Positions 35,501-35,815 of a stretch of 35,815 bases of DNA are shown piece after piece. The notes below the pieces were generated by a model. It saw only the letters and a program-made list of their open reading frames with translations. It was not told the DNA's origin and ran no database searches. Origin of the DNA: a virus; IMG/VR virus record IMGVR_UViG_3300019487_000023, positions 72,850-108,664 of that record, one strand, 5' to 3'. Position 1 is the stretch's first letter, and the number at the start of each line of letters is the position of its first letter. Position numbers and translations under genes: made by a program.

Positions 35501-35815
35501 TCTCTAGGTCAGATCACGTTCACTTCATCTTGAGCGGAACACCATCCACTCAGAATCCTGACCAGACAAACACAACTGGTACTGCGACTGGCTTTGCTCG
35601 CGCTGACCATATTCACCAAATCCCTACTGCTACCGCTGTAGGTATGAACGCGAATACGGCTAATGCTCAAGGTGTGTCAACCTCTTTCTCAAGAGCCGAC
35701 CATGCCCACGCAATTGCCTCTGGCGCAGCTGCTGCGCAAGCTCCAGATCAAGCTAATGCGGCTGGAACATCTACGAACTTTGCTAGAGCCGACCACGTTC
35801 ACAACATTCCTACGG
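32569..35815 (+). CDS. Long fibre/spike-like protein (partial, >1080 aa, runs off window end)
   Basis: Not in ORF track because it has no stop. Frame opens at ATG 32569 (MAGNNIHSQ) and is still open at the window end. Contains two DPT..DD...GY..GS.W.N repeats, DDH.QY motifs, a beta-helix-like middle and HxH repeats. Confidence 0.85.
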   Translation, partial: MAGNNIHSQIIDSAEIHVPKGFTEADNYTGPIKNSVGQLEWRDLDQLGKQNNFTATVDPTSIDDAAHGYSVGSRWVNITQRNAFTCVDATTNAAVWRVTIRNNPNAIIDPTVNDDASKGYVPGSVWINVADGRETWMCTDNLIGYAEWKSLTTPDIVGLDHRTLSHLESDDHLQYLNRSGVRPMTGDLDMDGHSISNAVQYNGVKLPEANIARVRKDPGDNEYGSIADALADITTASISNPWVVDVGAGVFSEPQLVMKPFVSILGRGYEATVIQALDPSDHLIVGAGMAAVRGVTVSGVSDTGKAGIYYNGSIVFEVDNVISTNNAIGILFEGAATGTPVIVRNTIVTGVFQVGIRTASTGGNSISALIDGCSVEGPLADPSALSIDISGSNNITLLRDLVISGNGTSSGVSFSNGAALKISSANMRNLGIGVSNPSTGAAPSIDASAINFSNCAQEIDLQNVGTTGALVFFGDQSKYYSASNMLALQLLDKVTSDLIFSGKLRVLQSDQTIEDLSTLIVETATMGIEEGGDLSVNTGLTINLTAGFGYIEIEPELIRRFDWPDQIVAFPPNAVRYLYFDPSGTLTQNATSPDTAYNILLGRVVTGASSIILIDDIAMIAEHTSNRYDRMFREAFGPIYKSGSSVTENGTRQLDVTAGQYFVSSCEYTPVGGTALSWTSVRGNGSGGFILGSQNTVDNATYDDGSGSLAPLTAGYWAKHSFYTIGESTNEKYFLVYSQAEYSALTLAQQASIPTPPSYFTEGVTLIASIIVQQGATNIVEIRDERPRIGFTASGVSATTFHSNLLGLTVGDDHPQYWRNDGTHVASGNWNMGGNSISNIGTLNSVTIENHKARHQPGGADAIPTAAAITQNPDQANAEGSSTSLSRADHTHQIPTATAVTLSGDTTNTQGNSTSFSRANHTHAITTGIVSTQTPDQSNAEGTAAALSRIDHAHNIPTATAVGMNANSTNQQGVAATFSRSDHVHFILSGTPSTQNPDQTNTTGTATGFARADHIHQIPTATAVGMNANTANAQGVSTSFSRADHAHAIASGAAAAQAPDQANAAGTSTNFARADHVHNIPT
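35155..35815 (+). repeat. Seven 31 aa (93 nt) [SA]R.[DN]HxH repeats alternating A/B (186 nt super-period)
   Basis: HxH codons at 35236, 35329, 35422, 35515, 35608, 35701 and 35794. ATCCCTACTGCTACCGC recurs every 186 nt. Confidence 0.9.

Noticed and set aside
35155-35815. CRISPR array or DGR template/variable repeats
   Set aside because: The repeats are in-frame coding units with codon-position variation. There are no unique spacers, no adenine-specific pattern and no RT or cas gene in the window.
1-35815. Alternative genetic code, tRNA or rRNA genes
   Set aside because: Genes are full length and tightly packed under the standard code with all three stops used. No cloverleaf or rRNA-like segment was seen in the short intergenic gaps.

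Overview
A 35.8 kb segment of a large tailed dsDNA phage genome with almost all genes on the + strand. The capsid, portal and neck proteins resemble those of SPO1/Twort-like (Herelleviridae-type) myoviruses. Replication and recombination genes include a split DnaE-type DNA polymerase, a gp32-like SSB, a UvsY-like protein, RecA/UvsX, an SbcD/gp47-like nuclease, two dNMP kinases, a DEDD exonuclease and a CYTH protein. These are interleaved with head genes (terminase, portal, prohead protease, scaffold, major capsid, head-tail adaptor) and the start of a >1080 aa fibre gene that is missing from the ORF track. At least four AT-rich homing-type endonuclease genes are present. The main observations are: (1) dnaE is split by an HNH cassette that is neither a recognisable intron nor an intein, but adds short peptide extensions to both halves. 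(2) A head-cluster protein carries a sigma70 region 2 with no region 4, while two separate small genes encode region-4-like HTH domains. (3) The promoters are -10-only, many are positioned to give leaderless mRNAs, and some overlap hairpins that would hide the RBS in read-through RNA. (4) The prohead protease looks like a polyprotein carrying a lytic transglycosylase and a copy of the capsid N-terminal arm. (5) A self-promoted mini-cassette has a candidate capsid-targeting leader. All calls come from reading motifs by eye; no database searches were run.
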